Part shown: piece by piece, positions 1 to 6,994 of the stretch
Position numbering within the stretch: the stretch's first letter is position 1
Layout of the letters: every line of letters starts with the position of its first letter
Virus record (IMG/VR): IMGVR_UViG_3300025127_005641
Location: 1 to 55,986 of that record
From: a virus
Taxonomy: Duplodnaviria; Caudoviricetes
DNA: 55,986 bases
Strand: one strand, 5' to 3'
Notes under the pieces: generated by a model
Told to the model about the DNA's origin: nothing
Seen by the model: only the letters and a program-made list of their open reading frames with translations
Databases searched by the model: none
Position numbers and translations under genes: made by a program

Positions 1-185
1 GTAGGTATGCAAATCATCCTAGTGGGAAAAAGTACGCTAGAGATGGTTCCGTATCACCGCAGTCGCCAACCGCACTACACTGTGAAAAGTCCCGTTCTGC
101 AAGCGTTTTCAAACAAATGAGAGATAAAGCTGCATATGATGAAAAGTATGTTACAATGAGAAAAGAATGGAGATCCCAAGAATGA
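1..185 (+). CDS. DUF4385-family protein, 5'-truncated
   Basis: Frame from nt 3 reads RYANHPSGKKY...EWRSQE*; RYANH-x-x-G-x-KY resembles DUF4385. Confidence 0.6.
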   Translation, partial: RYANHPSGKKYARDGSVSPQSPTALHCEKSRSASVFKQMRDKAAYDEKYVTMRKEWRSQE

Positions 186-412
186 TTTTTTTAGCATGCC
201 CACCAGTTTATACTTTACCTGGCACTTGGAGTGACCCAGATAAGATTGCTAGGTGTAATGATACATTAATACCACACTTTGCATTTAATCCTGATTACAC
301 TTTTGGTATATCAATCGCAGTGATTACAATCCTATTAGCAGGCTATGGTGTATACAAAGGATTTTTTGCAAACAAAAATCTAACAGATCCATGGGATGAT
401 CATGATGACTAA
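182..412 (+). CDS. psbN: PsbN-like photosystem II assembly protein with N-terminal extension
   Basis: TM helix followed by GYGVYKGF...LTDPWDDHDD, like PsbN GYALYTAF...LRDPFEEH; ATGA overlap with upstream stop. Confidence 0.75.
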   Translation: MIFLACPPVYTLPGTWSDPDKIARCNDTLIPHFAFNPDYTFGISIAVITILLAGYGVYKGFFANKNLTDPWDDHDD

Positions 413-629
413 ATTAATTGAAAAAAATGATCCAAAATATTTTTCAGTAACTTCTGATAAAAATTATGATCGCCATCATTATAAGATAGTCTCCTCAAGT
501 AAAACTACTTTTATTGTAGAAACTTGGCAAGAGGTTCAAGAGTGGTGGTGGAATAATTGTAATTTATTAAATTTTGATGCAGTTGTAGTTGTCCTTGATA
601 AACCACAACCAAAAAAAGGTTTTAAATAA
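396..629 (+). CDS. hypothetical protein
   Basis: ORF packed between neighbours; TAATG coupling to next gene. Confidence 0.65.
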   Translation: MIMMTKLIEKNDPKYFSVTSDKNYDRHHYKIVSSSKTTFIVETWQEVQEWWWNNCNLLNFDAVVVVLDKPQPKKGFK

Positions 630-1144
630 TGAACATATTCGTAACTGATCCAGATCCTGTTGCTTCTGCACAGGTTCTACCTGACAAGCACATTGTCAAG
701 ATGCCATTAGAAACATGTCAAATGCTTTCTATTGTTTGCTCTGACGAGTGGGGTCATAGTTATGGCAAAATACATCGTAACGATGGTCAACCATACAAAA
801 CATCTAAAGGTGCATTCCGTAATCATCCTTGCACAATATGGGCAAATGATACTTTAGAAAATGCATGGTGGTTACTCACTCACGGTCTTGCTCTGTGTGC
901 AGAATATTCTCATCGCTATGGCAAAACTCATTCTTGTCTTAGACCACTGCTAGAAGCAAAAGATATTATGCCATCAGCAGACTTTACCAACCATACACCA
1001 TTCGCATTCGCAGGTCCCGATGAGTTTAAATATGACACAAGCATTGACACTATTACTGCTTACAAGCGTTATATCGCATCCAAACCTTGGGCTGCATCTA
1101 ATTATCTTCGTGACCCATCCAGAAAACCAGATTGGGTACAATAA
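629..1144 (+). CDS. pyrimidine-dimer DNA glycosylase / endonuclease V-like protein
   Basis: MNIF, DKHIVKMPLETCQML, NHPCTIW, EYSHRYGKTH motifs. Confidence 0.75.
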   Translation: MNIFVTDPDPVASAQVLPDKHIVKMPLETCQMLSIVCSDEWGHSYGKIHRNDGQPYKTSKGAFRNHPCTIWANDTLENAWWLLTHGLALCAEYSHRYGKTHSCLRPLLEAKDIMPSADFTNHTPFAFAGPDEFKYDTSIDTITAYKRYIASKPWAASNYLRDPSRKPDWVQ

Positions 1145-1158
1145 TTAAAGTGTCCACT

Positions 1159-1181
1159 GGGGGTACCATACCCCCTTTTTT
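1159..1181 (+). terminator. intrinsic terminator
   Basis: GGGGGTA-cca-TACCCCC followed by T6. Confidence 0.75.
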
Positions 1182-1197
1182 ACTGCTATACTACGTA

Positions 1198-1205
1198 TAT
1201 AAATA
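1198..1205 (+). promoter_or_regulatory. T4-type late promoter TATAAATA
   Basis: Exact consensus just upstream of cobS. Confidence 0.5.
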
Positions 1206-1217
1206 AATCACTAAATT

Positions 1218-2327
1218 ATGACTTTTCAATTAAAGATGACCCAACAACAAGTTATTGATGGATTAAGAAGCACTTTTGGAAATGAATTTGTTGCTGCTGA
1301 TATTCGTGGTTTCTGTAGAGCAAATGATATTGGATATTCAACAGTAACTAAAAAAATTCAGAAGTATAAAGTATCTAAAGGTAAGTGGAACCTTCAAGTA
1401 ACTACGAAAGCAGTAACAAATATTGAAAATTCATTCAATGCACCTGCTGTTACTCCAGTAGTTCAACAAAATCTTGTTCCTGTAATTGATGATACTTTTG
1501 TCAAGTTTGGCCCATTTGCTGACCTTAAAAAAATTCTTCAGTCTAAACAGTTTTATCCAACATTTATCACTGGATTATCTGGTAATGGTAAAACATTTTC
1601 TGTAGAGCAAGCATGTGCTCAATTAAAGAGAGAACTTATTCGTGTAAACATTACAATTGAAACAGATGAAGATGATCTTATTGGTGGTTTCCGTCTTGTT
1701 AATGGTGAAACCATATGGCACAATGGCCCAGTCATCGAAGCTTTACAGCGAGGAGCTATATTGCTCCTTGACGAGATCGACCTTGCCTCTAACAAAATTC
1801 TCTGCCTTCAGAGCATCCTTGAAGGAAATGGAGTTTTTCTTAAGAAAATTGGAAAATTCGTTGAACCAGCAACAGGATTTAACGTCATCGCAACCGCAAA
1901 TACGAAAGGTAAAGGTTCAGACGACGGAAGATTTATTGGAACTAACGTGCTCAACGAAGCCTTTCTCGAACGATTCCCAGTAACTTTTGAGCAAGACTAT
2001 CCAGCACCTTCAGTGGAATCTAAAATTTTAGGTGGTGTTGCTGCTAAGTTGGGTGTTACTGATACTGATTTCTGTAAGAGATTGGTTGATTGGGGTGACA
2101 TTATTCGTAAAACGTTCTATGATGGTGGTGTAGAAGAAATTATTAGTACTCGTAGATTAGTTCACATCGTTCGTGCTTTCTCTATATTTAAGGATAAGGC
2201 AAAGGCAATTCAAGTTTGTGTAAATCGTTTTGATGATGAAACTAAGCAATCCTTTATTGAGTTGTATGATAAAGTTGATGCTGATTTTAAAATTGACAAA
2301 TTGGAGGATAAGATGTATAATGATTAA
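1218..2327 (+). CDS. cobS: CobS-like MoxR/AAA+ ATPase
   Basis: Walker A GLSGNGKT, Walker B LLLDEID, NEAFLERF; usual cyanophage position before gp45. Confidence 0.88.
   Translation: MTFQLKMTQQQVIDGLRSTFGNEFVAADIRGFCRANDIGYSTVTKKIQKYKVSKGKWNLQVTTKAVTNIENSFNAPAVTPVVQQNLVPVIDDTFVKFGPFADLKKILQSKQFYPTFITGLSGNGKTFSVEQACAQLKRELIRVNITIETDEDDLIGGFRLVNGETIWHNGPVIEALQRGAILLLDEIDLASNKILCLQSILEGNGVFLKKIGKFVEPATGFNVIATANTKGKGSDDGRFIGTNVLNEAFLERFPVTFEQDYPAPSVESKILGGVAAKLGVTDTDFCKRLVDWGDIIRKTFYDGGVEEIISTRRLVHIVRAFSIFKDKAKAIQVCVNRFDDETKQSFIELYDKVDADFKIDKLEDKMYND
2293..2321 (+). promoter_or_regulatory. sigma70-type promoter
   Basis: TTGACA-N17-TATAAT perfect consensus in the cobS 3' end. Confidence 0.7.
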
Positions 2328-2970
2328 TGCATGGAGTTTAGCATGGGAGGCATTAAACGGAACTATGGACGAAACTTATCCAATTAGAGAAGATATTCCC
2401 GAAGACTTATGGGGGAAAAAAATTGATATGAGTGTTGGAGCAGGTAATACTGCTTCAACTAATGATGAAGTTGAAAAAGCATATAATGATTATTATGGTT
2501 TAAATGATGGACTTGATTATGAAGTCGATTCTTATATGGCAGATGTAGATGATCAACGAGCACATCATTTTTCAACCTACGATGATGGAATGTCATTACA
2601 AGTAAAAGAAGAAACAGAAATGGATCAAGATTTTTATGAACCAAAAAGAGCACACTTTTATAAGTATCACGAGGAAGATATTCTAAAAGATATTGAAGAA
2701 TATGTCTCTGGAACATATCAAGGACATTATACAGGTAAGTCTCATGAATATCGTAATGTTCAAACTATTGATTTGATGGCATCAAAAGAACTTGCATCAA
2801 GTTTTTGTCAAGCAAACATACTGAAGTATGGAAGTAGATATGGAAATAAAGATGGAAAAAATAAAAAAGACTTGCTAAAAGTTATACATTATGCTATGCT
2901 GTTATTACATTTTGACGGACATTATGGGGAACCATCAATGCCCTCTGGCAATTTTGAACAAATGCCCTAA
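2320..2970 (+). CDS. DUF3310-like protein with acidic N-terminal region
   Basis: HY...QTIDLM...FCQANILKYGSRYGNKDG...DLLKVIHY; start 2320 (ATGA-type overlap) or 2365. Confidence 0.6.
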   Translation: MINAWSLAWEALNGTMDETYPIREDIPEDLWGKKIDMSVGAGNTASTNDEVEKAYNDYYGLNDGLDYEVDSYMADVDDQRAHHFSTYDDGMSLQVKEETEMDQDFYEPKRAHFYKYHEEDILKDIEEYVSGTYQGHYTGKSHEYRNVQTIDLMASKELASSFCQANILKYGSRYGNKDGKNKKDLLKVIHYAMLLLHFDGHYGEPSMPSGNFEQMP

Positions 2971-2972
2971 TA

Positions 2973-3659
2973 ATGAAACTAAGACCCGTGGTTATGAAAC
3001 TTTCTGATAATACGCTAACAGTTCTTAAGAACTTTGCGAATATTAATAATTCTGTTCTTGTAAAAAAAGGAACAAAGTTACGAACTATTTCTGTTGCAAA
3101 AAATATTCTTGCCGAAGCAAGAATTGAAGAGGAATTTCCTCGTGATTTTGCCATCTATGATTTAAATCAATTTTTAAATGGATTAGGATTACATCAAGAT
3201 CCCGAATTAGATTTTAAAGAAGAAACTTATTTAAATATTCGTGAAGGTAAACGTAGAGTTAAATACTTTTTTGCCGATCCTGCTGTTATTGTTTCACCAC
3301 CCGAAAAAGAAATATCACTTCCAACTCAAGATGTTTGTTTTCAATTGGATAGTGTTACATTAGAAAAATTACTTAAGGCAGCAGCTGTATATCAACTTCC
3401 TGATTTATCAGCAGTTGGTGGTGCTGGTGTTGTTAAATTAGTAGTTCGTGATAAGAAAAATGATACTTCTAATGAATTTGCTATTGTAGTTGGTGAAACT
3501 GACAAAGAGTTTGTATTTAACTTTAAGGTAGAAAATATTAAAATTATTCCTGGTGCTTATAATGTAGTAGTTTCCTCAAAACTATTATCTAAATTTACTA
3601 ATGAAAGTTTAGATCTTAAATATTTCATTGCACTAGAACCTGATTCAACATTTAGTTAA
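2973..3659 (+). CDS. g45: sliding clamp gp45
   Basis: MKLSDNTLTVLKNFANIN, FAIYDLNQFL, YFIALEPDS. Confidence 0.93.
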   Translation: MKLRPVVMKLSDNTLTVLKNFANINNSVLVKKGTKLRTISVAKNILAEARIEEEFPRDFAIYDLNQFLNGLGLHQDPELDFKEETYLNIREGKRRVKYFFADPAVIVSPPEKEISLPTQDVCFQLDSVTLEKLLKAAAVYQLPDLSAVGGAGVVKLVVRDKKNDTSNEFAIVVGETDKEFVFNFKVENIKIIPGAYNVVVSSKLLSKFTNESLDLKYFIALEPDSTFS

Positions 3660-3838
3660 TGAAACTAACTCAGGAACACATTAATAGATTACAAGAGTTG
3701 ATGAACCATACTAAAATGAATGGTGACATCAACTGGCAAGATGGAGATGAATTGGATTTTTGCTTGGGCGGTACATATGCTGCTGACAAGTTTATATCTA
3801 TTATCAATCGTCGCACTAATCCTAGAGGTAAGTTATGA
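3659..3838 (+). CDS. small hypothetical protein (MKLTQEHINRLQELMNHTK...)
   Basis: 59-aa ORF read manually; TAATG coupling to gp45. Confidence 0.65.
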   Translation: MKLTQEHINRLQELMNHTKMNGDINWQDGDELDFCLGGTYAADKFISIINRRTNPRGKL

Positions 3839-3909
3839 TGTGGACAGTTATCTTTTGGACAGTTCTTACTATCTTCATACTGAAAAGTATGGGGGTATTT
3901 AAAAAATGA
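3835..3909 (+). CDS. 24-aa hydrophobic micropeptide
   Basis: MMWTVIFWTVLTIFILKSMGVFKK; ATGA overlaps at both ends. Confidence 0.45.
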   Translation: MMWTVIFWTVLTIFILKSMGVFKK

Positions 3910-4076
3910 TAAAATGGTGGAGGATATGGAAGTATGCACTCGGATCATTCTCAGACGAAAGAACCAAAAAATATGACAATCACGTTGTTGTGGTACGTTC
4001 TTTTATACTCCTCAGCTATCTTATCACTAACTGCTTTATTATTAGCGGAGTAATCCGACATTGGAATGATTTATGA
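3906..4076 (+). CDS. small membrane protein
   Basis: MIKWWRIWKYALGSFSD...TNCFIISGVIRHW; ATGA coupling to gp44. Confidence 0.65.
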   Translation: MIKWWRIWKYALGSFSDERTKKYDNHVVVVRSFILLSYLITNCFIISGVIRHWNDL

Positions 4077-5014
4077 GTGACTTTATATGGGTTGAAAAAT
4101 ACAGACCCAAAACAATTGATGAATGTATTCTTCCAGAGAGTATTAAGAAAACATTTAAGGAATTTCTAAATAGAGGAGAAATACCTAATATGCTTCTTGC
4201 TGGCCCTCCTGGTATAGGGAAGACTACTGTTGCTAAGGCATTGTGCAACGAATTGGGAGTAGATTCTTATGTTATCAACGGATCCGATGAAGGAAGATTT
4301 CTTGACACGGTCAGGAATAACGCAAAGAATTTTGCATCAACGGTATCTCTTACATCGGAAGCGAAGCACAAGGTCATCATCATTGATGAAGCAGACAACA
4401 CAAGCAATGATGTACAACTTTTACTCAGAGCTTTCATTGAAGAGTTTGCGGGAAATTGTAGATTCATCTTCACCTGTAACTACAAAAATAAAATACTCGA
4501 ACCCCTCCATTCAAGGTGTGCTGTCGTTGACTTTTCTATTAGAGGAAAAGAGAAGCAGAAAATCGCTGCTAATTTCTTCCAAAGGATCAATTTTATCTTG
4601 GAGCAAGAAGGGGTTGAAAGTGATAAGAAAGTATTAGTAGAATTAATTAATAAACATTTTCCAGACTGGAGAAGAGTATTAAATGAGTGTCAGAGATACT
4701 CAGTTAGTGGTAAGATAGATAGTGGAATATTAGTTGCTTTTTCAGATGTTGCTGTAAATGATCTGATTAAGAACCTTAAAACAAAAAACTTTCCTGAAGT
4801 ACGTAAGTGGGTCAATAGTAATATGGACAATGATACTTCTGTTTTATTTCGTAGGATTTATGATACTCTTTATGAGTGTTTAATTCCAAATACTATACCT
4901 GCTGCTGTTCTTGTTATTGCTAAGTATCAATATCAGATGGCATTCGTTGCAGATCAGGAAATAAACATGTTAGCATGTCTTACTGAAATCATGGTGGAAT
5001 GTGAATTCAAATAA
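4073..5014 (+). CDS. g44: clamp loader large subunit gp44
   Basis: WVEKYRP, GPPGIGKTT, IIDEAD, SRC motifs. Confidence 0.95.
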   Translation: MSDFIWVEKYRPKTIDECILPESIKKTFKEFLNRGEIPNMLLAGPPGIGKTTVAKALCNELGVDSYVINGSDEGRFLDTVRNNAKNFASTVSLTSEAKHKVIIIDEADNTSNDVQLLLRAFIEEFAGNCRFIFTCNYKNKILEPLHSRCAVVDFSIRGKEKQKIAANFFQRINFILEQEGVESDKKVLVELINKHFPDWRRVLNECQRYSVSGKIDSGILVAFSDVAVNDLIKNLKTKNFPEVRKWVNSNMDNDTSVLFRRIYDTLYECLIPNTIPAAVLVIAKYQYQMAFVADQEINMLACLTEIMVECEFK

Positions 5015-5022
5015 CAATTATT

Positions 5023-5283
5023 ATGACTAAATCAACATTTACAAAAACAAAAGCACAGATGAAATCATCAAGTTATTATCTATTCTGGGGTATAGCAACT
5101 GTAGCAGTTGTCTCTGGACAAGTTTATGTCGGTACAGGATATAGAGCAATGTCCAAATCATTAGATGCATGGTTTGATAAAACCATTAGTATCATGATAC
5201 AAAAACGTCTTATGGGAAAACCAGAAAGAGGAGGAGTAGAGTACTTAAATAATTCTGATCGTAGACCTGTTCAAAACCAATGA
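5023..5283 (+). CDS. hypothetical membrane protein
   Basis: ORF with one hydrophobic segment. Confidence 0.6.
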   Translation: MTKSTFTKTKAQMKSSSYYLFWGIATVAVVSGQVYVGTGYRAMSKSLDAWFDKTISIMIQKRLMGKPERGGVEYLNNSDRRPVQNQ

Positions 5284-5522
5284 AACAAACAGAAAACTTA
5301 GAGCAACTCTTAAAAAGATTTACTAAAAGAATTGCACAAATTCAATCACAGATTCCAACAAATACGGTAGAGGCTGAAAAGATTAAAGGCCAATTAGATT
5401 ATCTTCGTGGATGTAAAGAGACTGTTGAATATCTTATGACTGGTAAGTTACCTAATGATGGTAATCATGATGGAATGCCTCATCATAAACCACGGCATGG
5501 GTCAGATATGGATTCATTATGA
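5280..5522 (+). CDS. hypothetical protein
   Basis: ATGA-coupled ORF. Confidence 0.65.
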   Translation: MKQTENLEQLLKRFTKRIAQIQSQIPTNTVEAEKIKGQLDYLRGCKETVEYLMTGKLPNDGNHDGMPHHKPRHGSDMDSL

Positions 5523-5701
5523 AATATCCTAAAAATACTTTAGATGTTATCATTGTTGCTTTTTTATGGGCAGAATGGTTTGTTAAAAAATGTCTTTGGT
5601 CTTTTTATTATATTTTTGAAAAATATGATTATTGGATTCATAATAGAGCAGTAAGAAAAGCAGAAAAAAATCCTCCTATATTTCCCGATGATAATACCTG
5701 A
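5519..5701 (+). CDS. hypothetical protein
   Basis: ATGA-coupled ORF. Confidence 0.55.
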   Translation: MKYPKNTLDVIIVAFLWAEWFVKKCLWSFYYIFEKYDYWIHNRAVRKAEKNPPIFPDDNT

Positions 5702-6812
5702 AGCGGATGCCGAATGGGCTGCCGATGAATTTATTAATTATTTCAAAAACTTTACTTCTATTGAGGATTATCTTCGATATGTAAAAAGAGAAATAGTCAC
5801 TGAAGTAAATCCTTTAACTTCATTAAAGGATGAATTTTTTAATGAAGATATTCATCCTAATGAGATGGAGTTTGATATTAAGTTTGTGGGGAAACGCTTT
5901 CAAAAGTCACTTCCACAGGAACATTATATAAATCTTTTACAGGCAGTATCATCACATAATAATGAAAGCAATATACCAGGTAGAGAGCTTCGTTGGATGG
6001 TTTATGAGAAAAGGTCTCAGCAGATACTGGGATTTATTCGTTTTGGGTCTCCTACTATTAATTCTAAACCTAGAAATATTTGGTTAGGAAATCAACCTAA
6101 TCTTTCTATATTTAATCGTCATGCTGTGATGGGATTTGTAATAGTTCCATCCCAACCTTTTGGATATAATTATCTTGGAGGTAAACTTTTGGCACTTCTT
6201 TGTCTCTCTCATTTTGCAAGAGAAACTTTAAATGAAGTATTTGAGAAGGAGATTGGTTTATTTGAGACCACATCCCTTTATGGTTCCACTACATCAGCAT
6301 CACAGTATGATGGACTTAAACCTTATATGAGATATAAAGGTTTAACCGAGAGTAAATTTCTTCCTCTTCTTCATGCAGATATATTTCACAAACTTCATGA
6401 TCATTTTAGTAAGTTGAATAATAATCAACCTCTTACAGATAATAAAGCATCCTCTAAAAAAATGAAAAGACAAACTAAGATGATTTCTTGGATTAAAAAT
6501 TCTTTAAAAGAATATGGAAAAACAGAAAAATTAAAGGACTTTAATACTGTTATAGATATGGCTTTTGGACTCACTCAGAAAAAAAGATTTTATATTTCTG
6601 ATTATGGATATGCTAACATTAGAGAAGTGTTACTTGGTGAAGATGATAAATTAATAAAAGGCCAAAACTGGGACAAGTTTCAGTTGGAAAATATTATTTC
6701 TTGGTGGAAACGTAAAGCAACCAAGAGATATGAAAAACTTAAACAAGAAAATAAATTCAGAGATAAAGTCGAACTCTGGACAGAAGACAACAACATCCAA
6801 ATTATCCGATGA
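5688..6812 (+). CDS. DUF4338 / Druantia DruA-like protein
   Basis: PGRELRWMV, LGFIRFGSP, PFGYNYLGGKLLAL, FETTSLYG, SQYDGL. Confidence 0.65.
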   Translation: MIIPEADAEWAADEFINYFKNFTSIEDYLRYVKREIVTEVNPLTSLKDEFFNEDIHPNEMEFDIKFVGKRFQKSLPQEHYINLLQAVSSHNNESNIPGRELRWMVYEKRSQQILGFIRFGSPTINSKPRNIWLGNQPNLSIFNRHAVMGFVIVPSQPFGYNYLGGKLLALLCLSHFARETLNEVFEKEIGLFETTSLYGSTTSASQYDGLKPYMRYKGLTESKFLPLLHADIFHKLHDHFSKLNNNQPLTDNKASSKKMKRQTKMISWIKNSLKEYGKTEKLKDFNTVIDMAFGLTQKKRFYISDYGYANIREVLLGEDDKLIKGQNWDKFQLENIISWWKRKATKRYEKLKQENKFRDKVELWTEDNNIQIIR

Positions 6813-6985
6813 GCGAAGAATACGAACACCTTAATGATTTATGGGAAGACATGGATCGTCTCAATGCTATGTACGAAGAGTTAATGTGGGATCATATGGA
6901 TCTCTTAGAATTTGTTCCTGATTATGAAAATGATAGAATTATTATCAAGAATAAATCAAGAGAAATGAATAAGTATGAAAAATAA
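6809..6985 (+). CDS. small acidic hypothetical protein
   Basis: 58-aa ORF MSEEYEHLNDLWEDMDRLNAMYEELMW..., ATGA-coupled. Confidence 0.6.
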   Translation: MSEEYEHLNDLWEDMDRLNAMYEELMWDHMDLLEFVPDYENDRIIIKNKSREMNKYEK

Positions 6986-6994
6986 AATTATATA

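Noticed and set aside
1657-1983. Alternative-frame plus-strand ORFs inside core genes (also 4269, 13243, 14832, 16760, 30361, 32555, 33497, 47209)
   Set aside because: Fully nested in well-supported genes with no recognisable motifs; expected shadows of codon bias.
3720-3902. 60-aa ORF from the track between gp45 and gp44
   Set aside because: The coupled 3659-3838, 3835-3909 and 3906-4076 ORFs tile the region better.
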